A DNA stretch of 63,682 nt from an uncultured Candidatus Saccharibacteria bacterium. Lineage in GTDB: Bacteria; Patescibacteriota; Saccharimonadia; Saccharimonadales; Saccharimonadaceae. This document shows positions 55,689-63,682 of this stretch, in pieces (positions within the stretch are counted from its first letter, which is position 1; each line of letters begins with the position of its first letter). Made by a program: the position numbers and the translations under genes. Under the pieces are notes generated by a model, which was not told the origin of the DNA, did not search any database, and saw nothing but the letters and a program-made list of their open reading frames with translations. The DNA is taken from contig CAYUDH010000001.1 of NCBI GenBank assembly GCA_964443595.1, forward strand, positions 1 through 63,682. Reading direction: 5' to 3'.

Positions 55689-57815
55689 TTAGCGTCTCTG
55701 CTCGCGAATCATGCTGCGACTGCAAAAGTAAGTAATCAGGAAATAGCCACCATAGATTACAAGTAATATACCGCTAACATACGGCAAGGCCTGCGTGATA
55801 TTGACACCGCCCATAGCGGACAGAATGAAATCACAGAACATGAGGCCGAATACCGAATGCAAGATAGCGATAAGTAGCGGGAAGAGGAAGAAAATGAAGA
55901 TTTGCCAGAAAAGTGCGCGATTGAGCATACTGTTGCTGGCGCCGATTTTGCGGAGAATGGAATACTTATCACGGTTGTCGCTGCTTTCGGAAAGTTGTTT
56001 CAGAGCGAGAATAGCGGCGCTGGAAATCAGGAAGATGATACCAATGTAGAGCCCGATGAATGTCACTAGCGCAGAAGTACCGATATTGTTATCAATGATG
56101 GATTGTTTGGCTTCGACATTGTAGTAATAGATTTCTTGTCCGGAAACATATTCACCAGTAGAGGTATCGTAGTAGCCGCCATTATCTTCGTCATCGTCAT
56201 TATCATCGCCATTGAAAAACCGGTTGTTAAGGCTATATAACTTTTGGTTGATGGCTTCGGCAGCTTCGGGGTCGATGTAATTAGCAAGCAGGATTTCACG
56301 CTGCGATGAAGTATGTTGATCGGACATGAGATTAATATTGTCCGGCACGATGATGATACCAGCATTGAGATTCGACATCTCGAGCTCGATGGCGCCGATA
56401 ATACATTCTTTGTCTTTGGGTGACAGAACTTGGCCAAGTACTTTTATTTTTTCACCAGCAGCTAGAGCTTGGTTGCGGACTTGCACGATAGGCTGATAGT
56501 TAGCGAGAATCGCATATTGATCTGCGGCGAGCTCTAGCTCGGGCAGTTCAAAAATCTTGGCGACACGATTATAATCGCTCAGATGGATGAAAGTTTCTAT
56601 CATATCATAACTATCAATCACAATTTGGTCGCTAACTTCAGTGCTCTCTGTGCTAATGGTAGTAGTAATACTGCCTAGGGTGCTACCAATGGTTACATCA
56701 TCAACGGCATATGTATGATAAGTGACAATATCTTTGATGAGCTCGTCCAGATTAACATTGTCGCGCTTGTAAGCCTCTTCGATATCCATAGCGCCACGAC
56801 CAATGCTAGTGACCTGGACATCAACGGGCAAGTTTTTCTCGATTGTGGCGTGCAGATTAGTGCTAATAGAGGAAGCGGAGCAAAGCACACAAATCGTCAC
56901 GAACAGCATCAAACAAATCAAGCTCATCGAAATTACGGTCGTATTGATCTGGCTACTAAATTGCCGGAGCACGAAAGAATTAAGTCCTTTGTAATAAATT
57001 TTTTTCAGGCTCATGAAGATACGAAGCAAGATACCGGAAAGCGACCAAAACAAGAGAAAGGTAGCGACTACGCCCATCACGATGGGGATAAGTAGTTTTT
57101 GCGGGCCGTTCTCATTGTTCATGAAAGTCATCAAGCCAGAAGTTACGAGATAATAGGCAATGCCGAGCATCACCGCAGCGATAATGAAGACAAAAGTACA
57201 GAGCCAGAGATTTTTGAGTTTGATTTTTTCGTTGCGCTGACCGTTGGATAATAAATTGATGAGTTTCTGTCGACTGACCACTACAGTATTAAACAACATG
57301 ACAATGATATAGATGATTCCGAAGTATACCAAAGTTTTGATTAAAGCCGAGGCTGAGAAGACGAAATGAAATTCGGTGAGGTTAGCATCAAAAGTATTCG
57401 CCACTAGCACACTAACTAGCTGTGAAGCGAGAATGCCGAGTGCCAGACCGACCATAAGTGACATCAGGCCAATTAGAAAAGTTTCAATCAGCAAAATCAA
57501 AGAGATTTTGCGTTTGCTCATGCCAAGGGTAAGATAGACACCGAATTCTTTGCTACGCCGTTTAATTAGAAAACGTGCGGCATAAATAATCAAAGCGCCG
57601 AGAATGAATGAGATAAAGACGCTAACTGTACCCATGATAATGTCGAGCAACTGGAACATTGATTTCACGCGCTCACTGACGTCTAGCATGACAGCTTGGC
57701 TACCGAGCGCATTAAAAACATAAAAGATTGCCACGCCGAGCACTAAAGTAAAAAAGTAAATGGCGTAATCTTTGATACTGCGTTTGATATTTTTGCAGGC
57801 GAGTTTAACAAACAT
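55689..57815 (-). CDS. BceB-like FtsX-family ABC permease
   Basis: KLACKNIKRSIKDYAIYF, RRSKEFGVYLTLGM, LKQLSE..Y.ILRKIG; large extracellular loop. Confidence 0.88.
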   Translation of the reverse strand: MFVKLACKNIKRSIKDYAIYFFTLVLGVAIFYVFNALGSQAVMLDVSERVKSMFQLLDIIMGTVSVFISFILGALIIYAARFLIKRRSKEFGVYLTLGMSKRKISLILLIETFLIGLMSLMVGLALGILASQLVSVLVANTFDANLTEFHFVFSASALIKTLVYFGIIYIIVMLFNTVVVSRQKLINLLSNGQRNEKIKLKNLWLCTFVFIIAAVMLGIAYYLVTSGLMTFMNNENGPQKLLIPIVMGVVATFLLFWSLSGILLRIFMSLKKIYYKGLNSFVLRQFSSQINTTVISMSLICLMLFVTICVLCSASSISTNLHATIEKNLPVDVQVTSIGRGAMDIEEAYKRDNVNLDELIKDIVTYHTYAVDDVTIGSTLGSITTTISTESTEVSDQIVIDSYDMIETFIHLSDYNRVAKIFELPELELAADQYAILANYQPIVQVRNQALAAGEKIKVLGQVLSPKDKECIIGAIELEMSNLNAGIIIVPDNINLMSDQHTSSQREILLANYIDPEAAEAINQKLYSLNNRFFNGDDNDDDEDNGGYYDTSTGEYVSGQEIYYYNVEAKQSIIDNNIGTSALVTFIGLYIGIIFLISSAAILALKQLSESSDNRDKYSILRKIGASNSMLNRALFWQIFIFFLFPLLIAILHSVFGLMFCDFILSAMGGVNITQALPYVSGILLVIYGGYFLITYFCSRSMIREQRR

Positions 57816-57994
57816 AATGGATTCCTCCAAGTTTTGGTACTGAAATATTTTTGTAATTATCAAAATCAACTAAAATCGGAGCAAAAAGATAAGTTTTCTC
57901 TTGCATAAAAATTTGTTTATTTTTTAATATGCGATTTTGCAAGTTTTTGAGGTTGCAATTTTGGTGAAAAATTTTTGTGAATTTAGGTAGGAGG

Positions 57995-58762
57995 CTATAA
58001 CGCATCGTTTAAATCTCCGCCAAGTAAAGTTATCACGTCGATAATTTCGTTAAAGAACTTTTTGCGATCATCCTTGCCGCGACGCAGCTCATTAAAAATC
58101 TTGCCGTCTTTGATAAAAATCACGCGCGAAGCATAAGAAGCCGCAAAAGCATCGTGCGTGACCATGAGAATAGTAGTGGCAAACTTTTCGTTCAAAATAT
58201 CGAACTGCTCGAGCAGCATGCGCGATGATTTAGAATCGAGTGCGCCAGTCGGTTCGTCGGCGAGAACTAACTTCGGGTTGGTAATAATGGCACGAGCAGA
58301 AGCGACACGCTGTTTCTGGCCGCCGCTCATTTGGTAGGGGAACTTGTCCAAGACTTTTTGGATATTAAGCTCTTTGGCAATATTATTCACGCGGTCGACG
58401 ATTTCATGTGCGTCGCAGTTCTGAATGGAAAGCGCCAAAGCAATATTTTCGTAAGCCGTCAACGAATCGAGCAAGTTAAAATCCTGGAAAATAAAACCTA
58501 GTTCTTCGCGGCGGAAGCGGTTCAATTCTTCCCCGCGTAGGCTAGTGATGTCTTCGCCATTCACATAAATATGCCCAGAAGTGACGCGGTCGATGGTCGA
58601 AATGACATTGAGCAAGGTAGTTTTACCCGAACCGCTGGAACCCATAATAGCAACGAATTCACCTTCGTCGACTTTGAAAGAAATATTATCAATCGCTTTG
58701 GTGAGCGAAGATTTATTACCGTAATATTTCTCGACTTTTTCTAATTCTAAAATCGTTTTCAT
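57995..58762 (-). CDS. BceA-like ABC ATP-binding protein
   Basis: [42 protein letters not shown]. Confidence 0.92.
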   Translation of the reverse strand: MKTILELEKVEKYYGNKSSLTKAIDNISFKVDEGEFVAIMGSSGSGKTTLLNVISTIDRVTSGHIYVNGEDITSLRGEELNRFRREELGFIFQDFNLLDSLTAYENIALALSIQNCDAHEIVDRVNNIAKELNIQKVLDKFPYQMSGGQKQRVASARAIITNPKLVLADEPTGALDSKSSRMLLEQFDILNEKFATTILMVTHDAFAASYASRVIFIKDGKIFNELRRGKDDRKKFFNEIIDVITLLGGDLNDAL

Positions 58763-58817
58763 AAAATCTCCTTATTGCCATTATAGGTTTTTCGATTCGG
58801 CTTGTCGCAAGTCTAGG

Positions 58818-58844
58818 GTTACAAAATGGTTACTTTTTTGTAAG
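58818..58844 (-). promoter_or_regulatory. BceR-type binding site upstream of the transporter promoter
   Basis: Minus strand CTTACA-AAAA-AGTAA then TGTAAC, upstream of TTGCGA...TATAAT; resembles TNACA-N4-TGTAA. Confidence 0.55.
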
Positions 58845-58862
58845 ATTGTTGTACTCAACTAG

Positions 58863-58952
58863 CACTATTCCACAAATACACTTTTTCTCGGGCCGCTCCG
58901 GGGCGCTCGCCCAAGTCTTAGGCCCTTCGAAAAAGATATTTGCAGAATAGTG
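58863..58952. repeat. Palindromic element E3
   Basis: CACTATTC/GAATAGTG outer repeat; GGGCCGCTCCGGGGCGC and CCCAAGTCTTAGGCCCTTCGAAAA shared with E5. Confidence 0.7.
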
Positions 58953-58953
58953 T

Positions 58954-60069
58954 CTATTGACGCATAACATTATAATATTCCGGAGCGGCAAACTCAAGTG
59001 CGACGGTAGTGAACTTGCCCTTTTCGGAACTAATGGTAATTTTGTGGCCAAGCTTATCACACAAGGTCTTAGCAATGTAGAGGCCCATGCCGGTAGACTG
59101 CTTGCCGAGGCGACCATTATCACCAGTGAAAGATTTATCAAACACACGCGGGAGGTCTTTAGCATTGATACCTAAACCATTATCTGTGATAGTGAGGATA
59201 GTATGATGCTTGGCGGTGCGAGCGGCAATCTGGATGCTACTACTTTGGTATTTGATGCTATTATTGATAATCTGATTGAGGATAAATTCTAGCCATTTAG
59301 CATCAGTATGGACTTTTTGGTCGAGATTCTGCGCCGCGAAGTCGATATTTTTCGCTTGCAGGATTTCGCGATTACGACTGGCAACGTTATTCACAATATC
59401 TGCCAGATTAGCCGGTTTGATTAAGTAATCTTGCTCAGCATTCTCGGCCCGCACGAAATAGAGAATCTGCTCGACGTAATCATCCAGGCGGCGGATTTGC
59501 TCATTAATCTTCTTGTCATGAGAAATCAGGCTGAGGGTAGCGAGCGGAGTTTTGACTTCGTGAATCCACATCTCGACATATTCCTGGAACTCCTGCGATT
59601 GCGTGCGATAGCGATTGATATTCTCGGCCATGGATTTGTTAATCCGATAAAGTACGTTATAGAGTACTTCGCCATCATAAAACTTCGGCTCGGCTAAAGT
59701 TTCCAAAACTAAATAAGCTTGGTCGAAGTGGTCGACTTGAGCCAGAAGCTCATGATAAAATTTGCGCTTGCGCCAAAACTCGATATTGAGAACAATAATC
59801 AAGAAACTAAACCAGAAAAAAGCCAGCATAATGATGACTTCGGCGCGGACTTTGAGCGCAGCAAGAAAGGACCAAGCGAGCAAACTTGTGATGGCTGTGG
59901 CGATCAGGAAGTAACTTTTGTCCCGCAGAAAACTCTTCCAACTGACGAACTTGCGGGAAGGGCGACGCATGGGAGCTGCAAGATTGCGGCCAGTGGGTTT
60001 GGTGGCCTGAGTAGCGACCTCGCAATCGGCGGGCTTATTATTTTGGATGGCGAATTTATTGCAAGACAT
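58954..60069 (-). CDS. BceS-like intramembrane-sensing histidine kinase
   Basis: Two close TM helices, WIHEVKTP, DAKWLEFILNQIINNSIKY, DNGLGI, FTGDNGR, STGMGLY. Confidence 0.92.
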   Translation of the reverse strand: MSCNKFAIQNNKPADCEVATQATKPTGRNLAAPMRRPSRKFVSWKSFLRDKSYFLIATAITSLLAWSFLAALKVRAEVIIMLAFFWFSFLIIVLNIEFWRKRKFYHELLAQVDHFDQAYLVLETLAEPKFYDGEVLYNVLYRINKSMAENINRYRTQSQEFQEYVEMWIHEVKTPLATLSLISHDKKINEQIRRLDDYVEQILYFVRAENAEQDYLIKPANLADIVNNVASRNREILQAKNIDFAAQNLDQKVHTDAKWLEFILNQIINNSIKYQSSSIQIAARTAKHHTILTITDNGLGINAKDLPRVFDKSFTGDNGRLGKQSTGMGLYIAKTLCDKLGHKITISSEKGKFTTVALEFAAPEYYNVMRQ

Positions 60070-60739
60070 AGCCTAGACCTTTGCGAGTTTCGATGGCTTC
60101 GGCGGCGCCGAGGGACTTAAGCTTAGCGCGGACGCGACTAATATTGACCGTTAAGGCATTATCGTTGATATATTCGTGATTATTCCAGAGGTCGGTCATG
60201 AGTGCGTCACGGGTGACAATCTCGCCTTGGTGCTTGAGCAAATGCCCGATGATAATCATTTCATTTTTTGTGAGCAGACAGCGCTTGGCGTCGTTCTTCA
60301 TGACGCCGCGGGTAAGGTCGATTTCTAAACCATGATATTTGATGGGGCCGTCACCGGCTTCCATGCGCTTCAATACGGCGGCAATCCGCAACAATAAAAC
60401 TTGCGGATTATAGGGCTTGGTAACATAATCATCTGCTCCGTAGCTCATCGACAAAACTTCGTCCATTTCGGTGCTGCTACTAGTGACCATGATGACAGGG
60501 ATATTAGTTTTTTCGCGCAGATGTTTCAGCAATAGTTCCCCATTGATTTGCGGTAAATTAATGTCGAGCAAAATCAGATTAGGCTCGGCACGGATAATTT
60601 TATCGGCGAACTCCGCTAAGCCAGCCGTGGGCTGCTCAAACAAATCCAGCCCGGCCGGTTCATAGCCGGCACTACGCAAGAGGTCGGCCAGCCCGAGGCG
60701 CATAGCTTCTTCGTCTTCGATAATCATGATGCGTTGCAT
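60056..60739 (-). CDS. BceR-like OmpR-family response regulator
   Basis: IIEDE, LLDINLP, GADDYVTKPY, NDNALTVNISRVR, TRKGLGY. Confidence 0.93.
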   Translation of the reverse strand: MQRIMIIEDEEAMRLGLADLLRSAGYEPAGLDLFEQPTAGLAEFADKIIRAEPNLILLDINLPQINGELLLKHLREKTNIPVIMVTSSSTEMDEVLSMSYGADDYVTKPYNPQVLLLRIAAVLKRMEAGDGPIKYHGLEIDLTRGVMKNDAKRCLLTKNEMIIIGHLLKHQGEIVTRDALMTDLWNNHEYINDNALTVNISRVRAKLKSLGAAEAIETRKGLGYVLQ

Positions 60740-60780
60740 ATGCTTATATTATAGCATAATTGCTACTATATCGCAAAATA

Positions 60781-60795
60781 TTACGAGAATGTAAG
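60781..60795. promoter_or_regulatory. Possible BceR-type box upstream of the regulator
   Basis: TTACG-AGAA-TGTAAG upstream of TGCTATAAT. Confidence 0.45.
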
Positions 60796-60814
60796 ACTCG
60801 CGCCCGCACTGATT

Positions 60815-61723
60815 CTAGGTCATGGTCTTGAGGCTATGGACTTTTTCGTGAACTTCTTCCGGCGTGGAAGCGTAGATCCAAAACTCAGGATATTGGCTCA
60901 AACGTTTCAGCCGCAGATACAGCCGATCGCAAGAGGTGTCGCTATAAGAGCACTCTTGCAACGCGCGCATCATATAAAAAACCGAGCGCAGGGCGATAAA
61001 CTTAGCATAAGGCTCGATGTCTTGCAGAGCGGATTTGTATTTTTTCGGCAGAGCCCTCTCCAGACGATGCAAGAAATAGGCCTGGTCTTCGTCGGTGTAG
61101 TTCATCTGGTGGAGATGAAAAGCAATCTCATAAGCCAGATCGCCAAAGCAAGCATATTCCCAATCAATAAAATACAGCTTGCCCCATTTATCGCGAATCA
61201 TGTTGGTCTTGCCGCGGTCGCCATGGATAAAACAGAGCGGCCGTTTATTATTGATCTGCGCGGGGAGTTTCTCGACTTCACGAACGGCGTCGTCGGTTAA
61301 ATTAAAAGCTTGACGCCAAATCGGAGTTTTCTTTGGATGCTTCTCGATGGCGGCGCGCATGTTTTCGATCTGGAAGGCGAAAAAGTCTTCGCAATTTTGC
61401 CATGGATGGCTAGCCTGAATCACCCGGTCTTTCACACGCGCGGCAAAAAGAATGTTCCGAATAATAGCATTGATGTCGGCATGGTCGACCGGCTGGAAAT
61501 CAATGTAAAGCGAATCAAGCGAATTGCCATTGATATATTGCTCAGTATAAACATCTCGCCCTTCGAAGAGAATCTTGGGCACATGATGGCAGTGTCGCAT
61601 CAGCTCAGCAATATCCATTTCGGGAATCGCCCGATAATTTTCCTCTACTAGCCCGGCTGGACGCTGGTGCCTAGTTACTACGTCATGCTGCAAATCAATC
61701 TGACGATGTCTTATCTCCCTCAT
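60815..61723 (-). CDS. APH/choline-kinase-family phosphotransferase
   Basis: FIHGDRGKTN Brenner-like motif, FIDWEYACFGDLAYE. Confidence 0.82.
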   Translation of the reverse strand: MREIRHRQIDLQHDVVTRHQRPAGLVEENYRAIPEMDIAELMRHCHHVPKILFEGRDVYTEQYINGNSLDSLYIDFQPVDHADINAIIRNILFAARVKDRVIQASHPWQNCEDFFAFQIENMRAAIEKHPKKTPIWRQAFNLTDDAVREVEKLPAQINNKRPLCFIHGDRGKTNMIRDKWGKLYFIDWEYACFGDLAYEIAFHLHQMNYTDEDQAYFLHRLERALPKKYKSALQDIEPYAKFIALRSVFYMMRALQECSYSDTSCDRLYLRLKRLSQYPEFWIYASTPEEVHEKVHSLKTMT

Positions 61724-61870
61724 ACTTAATTCTACCTGGATTAAATTTTCCTGTTACAATTGTAGTACAGCTTAAGGTTTCTGTCTAGCTGGAGATGAGA
61801 AGAACTAGAGGATGGCTGTGGCCGCTGGCGACTACCTTTGATGTTTGGTGAGGTTAAGATAGTGAAAGCT

Positions 61871-62115
61871 AAGCACTCCCATATTTTTCTTGGTCCGGTA
61901 AGATTTTGGGGTTTTAATCATTCCCTGGTATCTAGCTTTCGTACCTGTCGCCTCTGGGTGGGCGAGGCCTCATCTAAAGAATCGTCCTCGCCCAGCCTGA
62001 TTAATGTTCACGAGGCGACAGATAGAAAGCTAGATGCGGTTATTCTACGATGCAGCGAACTGACCGTCAATGTAGTGATTTCAGGTGTTGGAAGACCTCG
62101 AAAATAAGAATTGCT
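61871..62115. repeat. Palindromic element E4 (E1-like termini around a different internal hairpin)
   Basis: TTTTCTTGGTCCGGTAAG ... AGACCTCGAAAATAAGAATTGCT; inner ATCTAGCTTTC/GAAAGCTAGAT, CTGTCGCCTC/GAGGCGACAG, TGGGCGAGG/CCTCGCCCA. Confidence 0.65.
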
Positions 62116-62138
62116 ACACGACGACTGCTAAAAATGTC

Positions 62139-62300
62139 AAAGGCTCCTCACCGACTTTTCTTGGGCCGCTCCGGGGCGCAGCGCAATAAATTGCTTTAAT
62201 TGGACGTCGCCTCAGAAGAATAAACAAGTCTATTCTTCATTCGGCTCCTACAATTAGCGCCCCAAGTCTTAGGCCCTTCGAAAAGTGATGAGAAGTCTTT
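62139..62300. repeat. Palindromic element E5
   Basis: Same arms as E3 with about 70 nt of extra internal sequence; immediately after the FISUMP gene 4 stop. Confidence 0.7.
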
Positions 62301-62307
62301 GGCTATG

Positions 62308-63663
62308 CTACATTGCTACCGCGGTTAAGGTGACTTGTGTGGAGTATTGGCCACTAGGTAAGCTAGAGTCTACGGCAATGGCGACTGGGAAAGTGAGGTC
62401 TTCTGAAGCGGCACTGGTGGAAGTGTAGAATAAAACTTTTTCGCCATTAATGCCGACTGGACTGTATTTAGTACTCTCATCTACTGCAGTATCAGTGGGT
62501 GAAGATAATTTCTTAATGCCCCAACTGCTAGTTCCCTTTACTATGGTTTGGTCTGATGGAATCATGGGGATAGTTTTATCTGTACTGGGATTAGTTAAAT
62601 CACTTTTATCCGTACTAAGTAATACTTGATATGGTTGATTAGAGCCTACTCTAGCTATAATAGTGCTGGTAGCTACTTTGGTGAAATCTACCGTCATGTC
62701 ATTAGCGTGCTTAGTCACATCTATACTAATTACGGGACTGACGGTGATGGCAACGTTGGCTTGGTTATCATCGAGCATTGGTTCGTCTGGATAGATATCA
62801 GCGGCAACACAGCGGACGGAAAAGCCATAGTAACGATCAAAGTCGTCAGACGGACCGACAGAGCCACCATAGAAGTTGAGAATATTGGCTTTGTCGCCGT
62901 AAGGAGTAGACGACCAGTAGTATCCATTAGAGCCAATATTATATAGAGAGCCAGAATTGATGTATCCATTGTATTGGAAGAATAATGGAGCCTCAGTAAG
63001 CTTGATACTAACGTCACCAATACTATAAACGTTGACGAGGTTGCCAAAGGATCTACTACTAGAATCATTGTCATTGCTAGTTGGGAGCTGCCAGCTGCTT
63101 GGGCAGACACCTTGAGTACCATCCCTACCAGAATCGCCCTGCACTACAGCTGGCCAGTTGTAGTAGTTCCCTCGGGAGTCATGAGCCTCTCTGTGTTCAC
63201 CTATAGCAAAGTACTTATTTGTAGTGCTATTACTCCAGCCGGAACAAATAGAGCCGATCGTAAGACCATTTAAAGTACACGATGCTCCGATATTATCTTC
63301 ATTGGTTCCGCTATAGGCTAGATTTTGCGTCATCCAGCACTCACCTTTTTCTTTAGTTCCCGTCGTATCACCTTTTAGCTTAGTTACCCAATACTTTTTG
63401 CCAGTACCAACTTGACCATTTACACGGTCACGAGTATCCTCGAGTTGCTTGCTTTCGCCAATCTCACTATTCTCGCAAATTTTGGCATTCATCTGCTGCA
63501 TAGTATCAATATCGGATAAGGTACGCTGCTCCCAGTCATACGCTGCGTAAGCTGGCGTGGGCGTAAGAGTTAAATATGGGAATAAAAACATACCACCAAG
63601 AGCTAGGAAGCCAGCTATAAGTGGTATTTTGCGTTTGTTAAATTTGATATTTTTGTTGTGCAT
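62308..63663 (-). CDS. FISUMP domain surface protein 4, type B
   Basis: ECWMTQNL, GNYYNW, VCPSSWQLPT, GYYWSSTP, GFSVRCVA; C-terminal domain nearly identical to paralog 3; AACCAAAAGGAG RBS. Confidence 0.88.
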   Translation of the reverse strand: MHNKNIKFNKRKIPLIAGFLALGGMFLFPYLTLTPTPAYAAYDWEQRTLSDIDTMQQMNAKICENSEIGESKQLEDTRDRVNGQVGTGKKYWVTKLKGDTTGTKEKGECWMTQNLAYSGTNEDNIGASCTLNGLTIGSICSGWSNSTTNKYFAIGEHREAHDSRGNYYNWPAVVQGDSGRDGTQGVCPSSWQLPTSNDNDSSSRSFGNLVNVYSIGDVSIKLTEAPLFFQYNGYINSGSLYNIGSNGYYWSSTPYGDKANILNFYGGSVGPSDDFDRYYGFSVRCVAADIYPDEPMLDDNQANVAITVSPVISIDVTKHANDMTVDFTKVATSTIIARVGSNQPYQVLLSTDKSDLTNPSTDKTIPMIPSDQTIVKGTSSWGIKKLSSPTDTAVDESTKYSPVGINGEKVLFYTSTSAASEDLTFPVAIAVDSSLPSGQYSTQVTLTAVAM

Positions 63664-63682
63664 GGAGCCTCCTTTTGGTTAT

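Noticed and set aside
1-63682. CRISPR array, prophage, integrase/transposase, rRNA or DGR reverse transcriptase
   Set aside because: No regularly spaced repeats, phage structural genes, recombinase/transposase motifs, rRNA-like stretch or RT motif were seen in any ORF

Overview
Chromosomal window from a small-genome CPR bacterium, most likely Saccharibacteria (TM7). This is inferred from standard code 11, compact gene packing, reduced housekeeping proteins and the rpsB-tsf-frr-uppS-rseP cluster lacking pyrH, cdsA and dxr. Most of the window is core genes: translation (trpS, serS, lysS, proS, cysS, rplS, rpsB, rpmE2, tsf, frr), repair/recombination (ruvA, ruvC, radA, rmuC, a UvrD-nuclease), envelope (uppP, murJ, uppS), one tRNA-Ala(GGC), and a BceRS-BceAB-like resistance module. 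The main accessory signal is four dispersed paralogous surface proteins with a FISUMP (Fib_succ_major, C-type-lectin-like) domain. They come in two permuted domain orders, and their lectin tips show a DGR-like NNY codon signature, but no reverse transcriptase or template repeat is visible here. All three paralogs whose upstream DNA is in the window have a promoter followed by a ~125-140 nt structured leader: a long hairpin whose loop pairs with a downstream segment ending in a U-tract. The topology is the same while the stems differ in sequence, and a fourth, orphan copy sits after greA. This is the best candidate for an undescribed regulatory system. Also seen: a family of nested palindromic elements (one inserted in frame in a FISUMP gene), an RNase HII-YraN fusion that must start at CTG, and apparently widespread leaderless transcription. 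All calls are by eye; no database searches or folding programs were run.
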